Below, one piece after another: positions 47,593 to 57,331 of a stretch of DNA of 64,000 bases; the stretch's first letter is position 1, and each line of letters begins with the position of its first letter. Location: contig NZ_BOPZ01000012.1 of the NCBI RefSeq assembly GCF_018332455.1, positions 31,443 to 95,442 on the forward strand. Reading direction: 5' to 3'. The stretch is from Clostridium polyendosporum. Lineage in GTDB: Bacteria > Bacillota > Clostridia > Clostridiales > Clostridiaceae. The notes beneath the pieces are model-generated. The model was not told the origin of the DNA. It was given only the letters and a program-made list of their open reading frames with translations, and did not search any database. The translations under genes were made by a program, and so were the position numbers.

Positions 47593-48765
47593 CTATTTTT
47601 TTATTTCCCTTAAGAAACTAGATCCATTCTTAATTTTACCTGCATTAAAGATATCGCATATAGTTTGACCGATATCAAAAAAGCCTCTTCTTGTACCTAA
47701 GTTCACATTTTCTTTTAGATTCTTACCATAAGCTAAAAATGGAATGTATTCTCTCGTGTGATCACTACCTTCTAATGTTGGATCACAGCCATGGTCTGCA
47801 GTTATAAATAATACATCAGTATCTTTCATAGCTTTAATTATTTCAGGAAGTCTTCTATCAAAATCTTCTAATCCTTTACCATAAGCTTTAGCATCATTTC
47901 TATGTCCCCATTTCATATCAAAATCTACAAGATTTGTAAATATGAGGCCTTCGGTATCTTCATGCATATATTCTAAGGTTTTATCTACACCATCCATGTT
48001 GTCTTTTGTATGAACAGCATCGGTAATTCCTCTACCAGAGAAGATATCCTCAATTTTGCCGACAGCCATTACATTTAAACCTTTTGCCTTTAATAGGTCA
48101 AGAGCTGTATCGTGAGGCGGAATTAAAGCATAATCTTTTCTATTAGGGGTTCTGCTAAAGTTACCTAAGGTTCCGATAAATGGTCTTGCTATTACCCTGG
48201 CAACTGAATGTTCTCCAGTCAACATTTCTCGTGCAATTTGGCAATACTTATATAAATCTTCTAATGAAACAATTTCTTCATGGGCTGCGATTTGGAATAC
48301 ACTATCAGCAGAAGTATAAACAATAAGCGCTCCAGTATTCATATGTTCTTCTCCGAGTTCATCTATTATGGCAGTACCTGAGGCGGGTTTATTTCCTATA
48401 ACTTTTCTTCCAGTAAGAGTTTCAAACTTTTTAATAATTTCTTGGGGAAAACCATCAGGGTAAGTTCGGAAAGCGACCTCTGATTTAACTCCTGCTATTT
48501 CCCAGTGTCCAGTTACAGTATCCTTTCCTTGTGATATTTCATCAAATCTTCCATAACAGCCTATTGGATTTTCTACTTTCTTTACATTTTTGATATCATC
48601 TATTAATCCAAGGCCTAAATTTTCCATGTTTCCAATGGCTAATCCACCGTTATATTCTATAACATGACCTAAAGTGTCAGCACCTAAATCACCGTATTTA
48701 TCGGCATCCGGAAGTTGGCCTATACCAACACTATCTAAAATAATCAATATAACTCTTTTAATCAT
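47593..48765 (-). CDS. deoB: Phosphopentomutase
   Basis: The DeoB N-terminus MIKRVILIILDSVGIG and metal-binding blocks. The start was chosen at the second ATG, preceded by gaggtga. Confidence 0.9.
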   Translation of the reverse strand: MIKRVILIILDSVGIGQLPDADKYGDLGADTLGHVIEYNGGLAIGNMENLGLGLIDDIKNVKKVENPIGCYGRFDEISQGKDTVTGHWEIAGVKSEVAFRTYPDGFPQEIIKKFETLTGRKVIGNKPASGTAIIDELGEEHMNTGALIVYTSADSVFQIAAHEEIVSLEDLYKYCQIAREMLTGEHSVARVIARPFIGTLGNFSRTPNRKDYALIPPHDTALDLLKAKGLNVMAVGKIEDIFSGRGITDAVHTKDNMDGVDKTLEYMHEDTEGLIFTNLVDFDMKWGHRNDAKAYGKGLEDFDRRLPEIIKAMKDTDVLFITADHGCDPTLEGSDHTREYIPFLAYGKNLKENVNLGTRRGFFDIGQTICDIFNAGKIKNGSSFLREIKK

Positions 48766-48932
48766 AATAATCACCTCAATCATATATAAATATAATTTAT
48801 TGTACCCATAAATAGTGGTATAAACATTAGTGGTAACAAATGTTATGTAACTTTGGAATCCAATGTCTTCTTTAAAAGAGTGCCTGTAGACATTCTAAAG
48901 TCATGAAATAATTTAATTTTTTACAGTAAAAA

Positions 48933-48956
48933 AAAGTATCCATAATATGGATACCA
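48933..48956 (-). terminator. Intrinsic terminator after mntH (gtatccata…tatggatac)
   Basis: A palindromic stem. The A8 run on the plus strand gives a T run on the minus strand. Confidence 0.8.
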
Positions 48957-48968
48957 AGTTTAATTATA

Positions 48969-50276
48969 CTATACTTTACCGGAAAATGTGAGAAATAGAA
49001 GAAATATATTTAATGAAATAATTACAATAGTTATTATCCATCCAATAACTTTGGTTAGTAATTTGTTAACAAATATACCCATAATATCTTTCTTGCTTGT
49101 TATTATCATCATAGGAATAATGGCAAAGGGGAGAGCGAAGCTTAAAAAAACTTGACTTATAACTAATGCCTTCATAGGATTTATACCTACTCCTATGATT
49201 ATCATGGCAGGAGCCATTGTTATTATACGTTTGATATTAGTAGGTATTTTAATATTTATAAAACCGTCCATAACTGTTTCTCCAGCCATAGCACCTACAG
49301 CTGAAGATGAGAATCCAGATGCAAGTAAGGCTATAGCGAAGATACTACTAGATAATGAACCTAGTAAAGGTGAAAGAGATTGGTGTGCTTGTTCAATTGA
49401 ATCTACTGTTATACCTTTGCTAAAGAAAACTGTTGCAGATACAATAACCATGGATGCATTTACAATAAATGCAATATTCATTGCTAAGGTAATATCTATT
49501 CTTTCCATACGTAAATGTGAAATCTTATCTGCTAAAGTCATTCCTTTATTTCTAGATTGAACTAATTGAGAATGAAGATAAATTACATGAGGCATAACAG
49601 TGGCGCCTAACATACCTACAGCTATTAGAACAGCCTCACTGTTAGGGATGGATGGAACTAATGTGTGATAACCTACCTGTACCCAATCGGGTTTTGCTAA
49701 AAATATTTCCGTGGTGTAGCAAATACAAATAATAGCAACAAATACAGTGATAATTATTTCGACAATACGCTGACCATATTTTTGCATATATATAATAAAG
49801 AATGTAACTACACCAGTAAGAAGTCCTGCATAAATTAAAGGTATTCCAAATAACAAATAAAACCCAAGGGTGCCACCTAAAAATTCAGCTATAGTAGTAG
49901 CTATAGCTGCTAATTCAGCAACAACCCATAAAAGCCAATTGATCTTCTTTGAAAAAACTCTACTACATACCTCAGATAGATTAGCATCAGTAGCTATTCC
50001 TAATTTAGCTGACATAGTTTGTAAGAAGATAGCCATCAAGTTACTCCATAGAATTACCCATATCAGATTATAGTTAAATATTGAACCACTACTAATATTG
50101 GTTGCAAAGTTACCTGGATCAACATATGCTACACTTACTACAAATGCAGGTCCTAGAAATTTGAACAATTGGCCTATGGATTTTCGTTTCGAAATCAATC
50201 TATGACTTTCTAGTTCTACAATGTTTGAATTAGTAGAACTTACATAGACTTTTTTAAGGTTTTTATTAATTTGCAT
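48969..50276 (-). CDS. mntH: NRAMP-family divalent metal (Mn2+/Fe2+) transporter
   Basis: NRAMP consensus blocks (…GPAFVVSVAYVDPGNFATNI…, …MPHVIYLHS…). Confidence 0.9.
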   Translation of the reverse strand: MQINKNLKKVYVSSTNSNIVELESHRLISKRKSIGQLFKFLGPAFVVSVAYVDPGNFATNISSGSIFNYNLIWVILWSNLMAIFLQTMSAKLGIATDANLSEVCSRVFSKKINWLLWVVAELAAIATTIAEFLGGTLGFYLLFGIPLIYAGLLTGVVTFFIIYMQKYGQRIVEIIITVFVAIICICYTTEIFLAKPDWVQVGYHTLVPSIPNSEAVLIAVGMLGATVMPHVIYLHSQLVQSRNKGMTLADKISHLRMERIDITLAMNIAFIVNASMVIVSATVFFSKGITVDSIEQAHQSLSPLLGSLSSSIFAIALLASGFSSSAVGAMAGETVMDGFINIKIPTNIKRIITMAPAMIIIGVGINPMKALVISQVFLSFALPFAIIPMMIITSKKDIMGIFVNKLLTKVIGWIITIVIISLNIFLLFLTFSGKV

Positions 50277-50331
50277 CTCAATGTACCTTCCTTAAGATTT
50301 TCTAGACTTAAGTAATTTATAAGTAACTAAT

Positions 50332-50354
50332 AAATTTAGCCATGACTAAAATTT
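50332..50354. promoter_or_regulatory. Imperfect palindrome AAATTTAGCCATGACTAAAATTT in the mntH/mntR divergent region, a candidate DtxR/MntR-family operator
   Basis: The inverted repeat was read directly from the sequence. A second site CCTTAAG/CTTAAG motif lies at 50293-50322, next to the mntH RBS. Confidence 0.35.
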
Positions 50355-50466
50355 TTTCTCTTATATAAAATATGAATATTTCAAAATAAATGTTACAAAA
50401 AGGTTATTATTCTCAAATATTTAGCATATTATTTAGTAGTAACTATAATTTAATTTAGGTGATAAC

Positions 50467-50949
50467 ATGAATAACGAAGATTTTTTTACATTTAGGGAAT
50501 ATATGAAAAAGGAAGGTAGTCATCTAACTGCATCAATGGAGGATTATCTTGAAATGATATATAGATTATCAAAGGAAACAGGCTTTACAAGAATACATGA
50601 TTTATCAACTTCACTTAATGTTCAACCATCATCGGCAACGAAGATGATGCAAAGACTTGCAGAGTTAAAGCTTATAAGCTATGAAAAACATGGATTTATA
50701 GCATTAACTCAGGAAGGAAAAGTAATTGGAAAAGCACTTCTTGATAGGCATAATGTAATAGAAATGTTTTTAAGGTTATTGGGAATATCAGAAAGTATAT
50801 TAGAAGAAACAGAAAAAATAGAGCATACAATAAGTAATGAAACACTTAAATGCTTCGTAGGTTTCATTGAGTTTTTAAAAAGCAATCCAGATATTAATGA
50901 AAAATTTGAAGACTATAGAACCTTAAAGAAAAAAGATATAGATAGCTAA
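50467..50949 (+). CDS. mntR: DtxR/MntR-family metal-dependent transcriptional regulator
   Basis: An N-terminal HTH (…TASMEDYLEMIYRLSKETGFTRIHDLSTSLNVQPSSATKMMQRLAE…). It is divergent from mntH. Confidence 0.8.
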   Translation: MNNEDFFTFREYMKKEGSHLTASMEDYLEMIYRLSKETGFTRIHDLSTSLNVQPSSATKMMQRLAELKLISYEKHGFIALTQEGKVIGKALLDRHNVIEMFLRLLGISESILEETEKIEHTISNETLKCFVGFIEFLKSNPDINEKFEDYRTLKKKDIDS

Positions 50950-50970
50950 TACGCTATCTATATCTTTTTT
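50936..50970 (+). terminator. Terminator overlapping the mntR stop codon
   Basis: The stem atagatagc/gctatctat followed by ATCTTTTTT. Confidence 0.65.
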
Positions 50971-51101
50971 ATCTTTAAAATAGAAAAGCAACTCCTTTTA
51001 TCGAGTCAAATGTTAATAAAAAAGAAAATAATCAGTGGAAACTGAAATTAACTCCAAATAACAGCATATTATAATAATAAGTATGTTTTTGGAGGGGTAT
51101 T

Positions 51102-51908
51102 TTGGATACTTATAACCAGGAAGAAATACTGTTTGAACATCGTTTTTGGCTACAAATTTTAGGGGATCATGCTCGATTCTTATCGGATGCACTATCTTCT
51201 ACAGAAGTAGATTTACTTAAAAAAAGCAATTACTTTAAAGACTTATTCGATAGTTTGTTAGATAATGCTAGAAAGCAATTACATGATGAAAAATTGAATG
51301 AGTTAACTAATTTAGCAAGTAATGCAGCTCAGGAAATAAGATGTTTTAAGCTCTTTATAATAGCTCAACAAATATGTGGAAAAGTTAAGATAAATTTACC
51401 GCCAACTTTTATAAATCACATGGTAAATGAAGTTGAGGAATACTTGTATATCCTGAACTGTTATATGGGTAAGTATTCTAAATTGATAAACCCTATATAT
51501 CATCATTTATTATGGCTTCCAGATGGATCAGGGCATGCTAGTTCTATAATAGCATCATTAGACATGACTGAAAAAGAACTAATAAAGATAAGTAAAAAGT
51601 TTGAAAAAACATTTAATGATTTATACTTAAGAGCTATAGAGTTTAAAGGTTATATGAGAAGTGGTCTATTTGAATTTCCTGCCTTAGATAGACTTAATGA
51701 ATGTGCTAACATAGAAATGATGACATTTAAACAATTTTTGCAGGATTTAAAACTTGCTGTTATTGAAAAAAGAGTTTTGGGGGCATTGAATCCTCTTGCT
51801 CCTGACCATATGTATAGAGAGGAATGCTACTATCAAACTAAGTTATCACAAGTTTCTAAGGTTAAAGCGCCAGAATGTGATCCTACTAAGGAACGTATTA
51901 AAGTATAG
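51102..51908 (+). CDS. DUF2935-family protein (TTG start)
   Basis: The N-terminal FEHRFWLQILGDHARFL motif is typical of DUF2935. An SD ggagggg lies upstream. Confidence 0.55.
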   Translation: MDTYNQEEILFEHRFWLQILGDHARFLSDALSSTEVDLLKKSNYFKDLFDSLLDNARKQLHDEKLNELTNLASNAAQEIRCFKLFIIAQQICGKVKINLPPTFINHMVNEVEEYLYILNCYMGKYSKLINPIYHHLLWLPDGSGHASSIIASLDMTEKELIKISKKFEKTFNDLYLRAIEFKGYMRSGLFEFPALDRLNECANIEMMTFKQFLQDLKLAVIEKRVLGALNPLAPDHMYREECYYQTKLSQVSKVKAPECDPTKERIKV

Positions 51909-51920
51909 TTCTTATAATAA

Positions 51921-51954
51921 AAACTCATCTAGTCTTTGCTAGATGAGTTTTTTT
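51921..51954. terminator. Bidirectional terminator (aaactcatctag…ctagatgagttt + T7)
   Basis: A 12-bp perfect stem. Confidence 0.85.
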
Positions 51955-51955
51955 A

Positions 51956-51996
51956 CTTGCCATCATTTCACAAAGTGAAGTCTGGCTAAAACTTAA
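51956..51996. repeat. Dispersed repeat copy R14 (module A)
   Basis: The sequence ttgccatcatttcacaaagtgaagtctggctaaaac. Confidence 0.7.
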
Positions 51997-52021
51997 TAGA
52001 TTTAATAACTATTAAATTTTA

Positions 52022-54172
52022 TTACTTAGTATTCTTAATATCTGATGGCTTTACATAGCTTAATATTTCTTGTTTGATTTTTTCTGCTTCTTCTGAAAGC
52101 TGTGCATTACCGGAATCTTGGGATGTTAATTTTTCGCTTAAGAGCATCATTACTAAGTTTTCAAAGACATTATGAATGTTATTTTCTCCATCCTTGGATC
52201 CAGTGGTGATAAGGGTTTTCGGAACAATATCAATCTTGGAGGTTTTTATAGCGTCAGCAAAGTTATTCATTATTTCTTGAACTATCTTGAATTGAGCTCC
52301 ACCAAAGGCATTAACCTGCTCTTTTGCAGCAATGGCCTTTGATATACCAACTCTAGCCTCTCTATCAGCATCGGCTTCCCCCACAGTTTTAATCTTAAAG
52401 GATTCTGCTTCACCAGTCTGCTTGAGTCTGAAAGCCTCAGCTTCAGCTTGCTGCTTTGTTTGATATGCAGAAGCTTCTGCTTGTTGTTTTAATCTAAAAG
52501 CTTCAGCTTCTGCTTGTTGTTTAACTTTGTATGCTTCAGCCTCTGATAATCTTTGTATTTTCTCAGCATCTTGTCTAGATTTCATAAGTTCAGCTTTACC
52601 TTGGTTTTCTTGAATTCTAATATTAATGTCTGATTCAGTAAGTGAAGTTTGCTGTTTTGCAATAGCCTGAGCTTCTTTTAATTCTTTTTCCTTTTCGGCA
52701 GCGGTCTGTTGAGTGGCATAGGTTTCAAGTTGTTCTTTAGCAATTTGTCTTGAACGCAGCTGAGTTAATATTTGTTCAATGTTACTATCATTCTTTGAAC
52801 TTGTTGGTGTACCAATTAATACTTCTTCAAGTTCTAGATTATAATGTGAGAATTTAGCTTTCATTTCTACTGAAGATTGGTTTTGGATTTCATTTCTTTG
52901 TTGAATTAATTCTATGAGCGTCTTTGTTTGACCAATGTTTTTAAAGTATGCCGATACCATTGGGTCTAGGGTTTGATCAACTAGCATTTTAATATCACCG
53001 AACCTTTGAATAACCATAGGAGCTTTCTTATAATCGATATGAAATACTACTGATAATGGAAGTGACGGTTCAAAGGCATCCTTAGATATTAAGCTAACTT
53101 CCTTAAGATTTTCATCATATTTATGATTTCCATTTTGATTACTTATCCACTTCAATATTACATTAGTTGTTGGAACTTGGATTATGCTACCTGCATAGGT
53201 GTTAAAAGCGTATTTACCTGGCATAAGTGCTTCCCCCCAGACACCTCGATAACCCTTTTGGACAAGCTCGCCGTGTTTATAATCTTCACCAGAAGAGTCT
53301 TCCCCTTTAGCGCCCATATAGGATACAACTACACCAACATATCCAACAGGTATTATAGTTTTGGAGATATATTCGACTGTAGCAAATAATCTATTTATAA
53401 AGTAAGAACCATCAGCGAGTACTTGATACTGTCTACCTCTATATCCGCCTGCTTTTAAAAATCTTTCGGGATCTTGAAAATTGTTGTGGTAATTTTCGTC
53501 ACTTGGATCATCTCCAACAGTAGGGCATATGATATTGTCTTTTCCTAGTGATGGACCGTCATGTACTGTTACTATACCAACTAAATCACTTTCACCTTGA
53601 ATTACAATAGGATCAAACCCATTCCTTATGGCTATCTTTTGGGCCATTTCTAAAATTGTTTTCTGTTCACTGCTGTTACCCATTGGTAAGTAATACGTTT
53701 TATTTTCAGTAATTATTATAAATTGTGCAAGGTTAAAGGAGTAGGTACCTTCACGGATGATGCCTCTTTGAGGACCTCTTTGTCCACCATTTTGAATAAA
53801 AGCTCTAACATCTTGGAAGTTATTACACTGAGGAACTATTTTGCCTAAGGTTTGAGTTGGTTCTAAGGGTTTGCCATCTCTTGAAAATACATAAGCAATT
53901 TTTCCCTGAGGTATTGTAACTAAAGGGACAGTGTGTATTTTATAGAGTAATGGAGTTTTAAAGTGAATACCACCTCTTAGTACATCGGGTTGATAACCGG
54001 CTTCACCATTTAATGCAATGATTTGTTCCTTTAGTGAGCCTTTTGATGACCACCATTTTTCTACAATAGCAACCTTATCATTTGGAATGATTTTGAATCC
54101 TGATAGCCAAACTAAGAAAAAGAAACCAAGGATTCCTATTCCGGTATTGATTAATAATGTTGTTTCGACCAT
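52022..54172 (-). CDS. Flotillin-like SPFH/band-7 domain membrane protein (YqiK-like) with C-terminal tandem Ala/Glu/Gln repeats
   Basis: An N-terminal TM, then an SPFH-like region. The C-terminal region has about four ~18-aa repeats (QQAEAEAFRLKQQAEASAYQTKQQAEAEAFRLKQTGEAESFKIK). Confidence 0.7.
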   Translation of the reverse strand: MVETTLLINTGIGILGFFFLVWLSGFKIIPNDKVAIVEKWWSSKGSLKEQIIALNGEAGYQPDVLRGGIHFKTPLLYKIHTVPLVTIPQGKIAYVFSRDGKPLEPTQTLGKIVPQCNNFQDVRAFIQNGGQRGPQRGIIREGTYSFNLAQFIIITENKTYYLPMGNSSEQKTILEMAQKIAIRNGFDPIVIQGESDLVGIVTVHDGPSLGKDNIICPTVGDDPSDENYHNNFQDPERFLKAGGYRGRQYQVLADGSYFINRLFATVEYISKTIIPVGYVGVVVSYMGAKGEDSSGEDYKHGELVQKGYRGVWGEALMPGKYAFNTYAGSIIQVPTTNVILKWISNQNGNHKYDENLKEVSLISKDAFEPSLPLSVVFHIDYKKAPMVIQRFGDIKMLVDQTLDPMVSAYFKNIGQTKTLIELIQQRNEIQNQSSVEMKAKFSHYNLELEEVLIGTPTSSKNDSNIEQILTQLRSRQIAKEQLETYATQQTAAEKEKELKEAQAIAKQQTSLTESDINIRIQENQGKAELMKSRQDAEKIQRLSEAEAYKVKQQAEAEAFRLKQQAEASAYQTKQQAEAEAFRLKQTGEAESFKIKTVGEADADREARVGISKAIAAKEQVNAFGGAQFKIVQEIMNNFADAIKTSKIDIVPKTLITTGSKDGENNIHNVFENLVMMLLSEKLTSQDSGNAQLSEEAEKIKQEILSYVKPSDIKNTK

Positions 54173-54493
54173 AAATTCTCTCCCCCTATAAGTCGTTTTA
54201 TAGCGATATAATAATTATATAATAAGGTAATAAATAACTCAAAATGAGTTTAGTGTTACAATTATGGAAATTAATTGGTTTTAATAAAGCAAGCGTAGAT
54301 ATCTTTTATTAGCTAATTAAATCTAAGTATTTCTTAAATTACTATCATATTATATTAAATATGGTAGTAATTATATGCAAAGTAAATATTTTTAACTAAA
54401 TTATAATTTTATTTTAGTACCTTCTTTTAATTGATTTAGTGTATATGTTACAATTTATTCTATGGAAATTATTACATGATGGAAGGTGAAGGT

Positions 54494-55108
54494 ATGAGCA
54501 ATAAGATATCAAGAATAAAAAAAATAACTCCATTAGCTGAAACAAAGTTTTTGAGTTTGTATAATGCGGAGTATTTAAACAAAAAAGGAGTAACACGACA
54601 TTGGACAGTAGCTTCAAGAAAAGATATTGAAACATTAAATGCTCAATTTTTTGAAGGTAAGGAAGAAAAGATTGATGCAGTTATTATTGTGGCACTTCAT
54701 AAGGATAGTAAAAAACTCGTTTTGGTTAAACAGTTTAGAGTGCCTCTAAATGATTATGTTTATGAACTTCCAGCAGGTCTTGTTGATGGTGATGAGGATA
54801 TGTTAAAGGCTGTTGAAAGAGAACTGAAAGAAGAGACGGGACTTAAGGTAGTAAAAATAAATACATCAAAAACAACTAAAGGATTATATGTTTCTGTTGG
54901 AATGACAGATGAGTCTGTAGCACTAGTATATTGTGTATGCGAAGGAGAAGTATCAAAGGATTACTTAGAAGATGATGAGGATATAGAAGTTGTTATGGTA
55001 TCCCAAGAGGAAGCGAAAGAACTCCTAAAAAAAGACATAAAATTTGATATAAAGGTATATATGATTCTTCAAAGCTTTGTTGCTATGGGAGAAAAGCTTG
55101 TGGATTAG
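54494..55108 (+). CDS. NUDIX hydrolase (ADP-ribose pyrophosphatase-like)
   Basis: The Nudix box …GLVDGDEDMLKAVERELKEETGLKV…. The start is at the ATG at 54494, after ggaaggtgaagg. Confidence 0.75.
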   Translation: MSNKISRIKKITPLAETKFLSLYNAEYLNKKGVTRHWTVASRKDIETLNAQFFEGKEEKIDAVIIVALHKDSKKLVLVKQFRVPLNDYVYELPAGLVDGDEDMLKAVERELKEETGLKVVKINTSKTTKGLYVSVGMTDESVALVYCVCEGEVSKDYLEDDEDIEVVMVSQEEAKELLKKDIKFDIKVYMILQSFVAMGEKLVD

Positions 55109-55521
55109 CCTCTTTTAATAACAAAGATTTGGTAAATAGAAATATATTAATTAATAGTTAGAATTTAAGGGGCTGTAGATAAGGTTGCCTTTATAGCAAT
55201 CTGTATACAGTCCTTAGGATTTTCTGATACAACCTTTGCTTAATTTCCAATACAGACAGGAGTTATTAATATTTTCAACTTATGATAAATTATGTGAATA
55301 AATCAAGATGTTTACGGATATATGAACATTTCATATTTTTAACTATAAACAAATATTGTTAAAAAGTAAAAAACAAAACTATATAAAAATAAAAAAATAT
55401 AAAAACATATAGTAAAAATGCAGATTCAGGAATTTAAGTTCTCGTTGCAAAGTTATCACATTATTATAGTGGGCAATTCTAATAAAAAAGTATATTTATT
55501 TGATACATATTTTTATAAAAA

Positions 55522-55545
55522 TGGCGCCGGAGCGCCACTTTTGTT
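55522..55545. terminator. Bidirectional terminator (tggcgccggagcgcca)
   Basis: A GC-rich hairpin flanked by an A run and a T run. It lies just 3' of the ABC operon on the minus strand. Confidence 0.65.
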
Positions 55546-57331
55546 AAGCTCCTTCATTTAAGAAGCGGTATTGTGCCATATAGAGATTATGGTAAATCTC
55601 TTTCTTTTCTATGAGCTCATTATGAGTTCCGTACTCTTTGATTTTGCCACCATCAACAACCATAATTTTGTCACAGTCTCGTATAGTAGAAAGTCTGTGA
55701 GCAATTACGAAGGCGGTTCTTCCCGAAAGAAGTTTTTCAATACCTTTTTCAACTAATTTTTCTGTATAGGTATCGATATTTGAGGTTGCTTCATCAAGAA
55801 TCAATACCCTTGGATTTGCAAGTAGTGCTCTAGCAAAGGAAATAAGTTGTCTTTGTCCTAAGGAAAGTCTTGAACCTCTCTCGTTAACTTCTGTGTCATA
55901 ACCTTTTTCCATTTTTATTATAAAGTCGTGAGCATTAACAGCTTTGGCGGCTGCAATAACTTCTTCATCAGTAGCATCAAGCTTCCCATATCTTATATTT
56001 TCTTTTATAGTTGTAGAGAAGAGGAAGGTATCTTGAAGCATAATTCCCATCTGACTTCTTAAAGATTCAATGTCAACATTTTTTATATTTTTCCCATCAA
56101 TTAAAATTTCTCCAGAAGTAGGATCATAGAACCTACTTAGTAGTGAAACTATTGTAGTTTTACCAGATCCGGTGGCACCAACTAAAGCTATTGTTTCACC
56201 AGAATTCACTTTAAAACTTATATTATTAAGCACTGGTGAACTTTTATCGTAGGAGAAGGTCACATTTTTAAATTCTACAACTCCTTTTATTTTACCCATT
56301 TTAGGAGCATTCTCAGAACTTATGATATCTGGACTAATATCTAAGATGTCAAAGATCCTGTCAGCGGCAGAGAAGTTTGTTATAAGAGTATTGTAGAAGT
56401 TTGACAGATTCATGATTGGTCTCCAGAACATTCCTATATACATTGAGAAAGCAATTAAAGTACCTACAGAAATTTCACCCGATATTACAAGAGAATACCC
56501 AGTATAGAAAACAACAACTATACCAATACCCCAGGAGAGCTCAACTAAAGGCCAAAAGAAATCATTCAGTCTCACTGCTTTAGTAAAGGCATCCATAAGC
56601 GCACTTACCATGTTCCTAAAACATAATAAGGTATCGTATTCCTTTCCAAAGGCCTGAACAACCTTAATTCCTGAGAAGTCTTCATGTGTATAAGCATTTA
56701 GATTTGAACGTTTCTTTCTATATATTTCCCATCTTTTTCTTGATTGAGTTTCGATAAGAAACATTGAGACTGTTAAGAAGGGAAGTATTATTATCGATGC
56801 TAAAGCCAATTTAATGTTTAAGGTAAACATCATCAGTGAAACACAAATCAAGCTTAAAAGCTCAGGAATAAGTGTCTGAATGCTCTGATTGAACATATTT
56901 TGAAGAGCATTTACATCACCTATAACTCTTGCTAGTATCTTTCCAACAGGTCTATTGTCAAAGAATGAAAATGACAGTCTTTGAATGTGGGTATATAATT
57001 GATGTCTTATGTTTACCAAAATATTATTAGTGATAAAGGACATCATAATCAATCTAACCTTGGATGCAATCATTGATAGAAGGTTTAGCACTAATAAAAG
57101 GGTGCCAATATACATTAAACCTCGGACATTACTTTCTTTTACATGAGTGTCGATTGCAATCTTAAGTAGATAAGGATTTAGTATTCCACATACCATTACA
57201 AATAGCATAAGCAGTATTACCAAAAAGGTTTTAATTCTATAAGGAGCCAAATAGTTTAAAAGTCTTAAGGTTATTTCAATTTTATTTCTGCTCATTTGAT
57301 ATTCATCTTGCCTTACTGTATTTTTAGCCAT
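55544..57331 (-). CDS. ABC transporter permease/ATP-binding protein, half-transporter (BmrD/YheH-like partner of a heterodimeric multidrug exporter)
   Basis: An N-terminal 6-TM domain plus an ABC ATPase (GATGSGKTT, LSGGQRQ, ILDEATS). The start overlaps the stop of the upstream half-transporter. Confidence 0.9.
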   Translation of the reverse strand: MAKNTVRQDEYQMSRNKIEITLRLLNYLAPYRIKTFLVILLMLFVMVCGILNPYLLKIAIDTHVKESNVRGLMYIGTLLLVLNLLSMIASKVRLIMMSFITNNILVNIRHQLYTHIQRLSFSFFDNRPVGKILARVIGDVNALQNMFNQSIQTLIPELLSLICVSLMMFTLNIKLALASIIILPFLTVSMFLIETQSRKRWEIYRKKRSNLNAYTHEDFSGIKVVQAFGKEYDTLLCFRNMVSALMDAFTKAVRLNDFFWPLVELSWGIGIVVVFYTGYSLVISGEISVGTLIAFSMYIGMFWRPIMNLSNFYNTLITNFSAADRIFDILDISPDIISSENAPKMGKIKGVVEFKNVTFSYDKSSPVLNNISFKVNSGETIALVGATGSGKTTIVSLLSRFYDPTSGEILIDGKNIKNVDIESLRSQMGIMLQDTFLFSTTIKENIRYGKLDATDEEVIAAAKAVNAHDFIIKMEKGYDTEVNERGSRLSLGQRQLISFARALLANPRVLILDEATSNIDTYTEKLVEKGIEKLLSGRTAFVIAHRLSTIRDCDKIMVVDGGKIKEYGTHNELIEKKEIYHNLYMAQYRFLNEGA

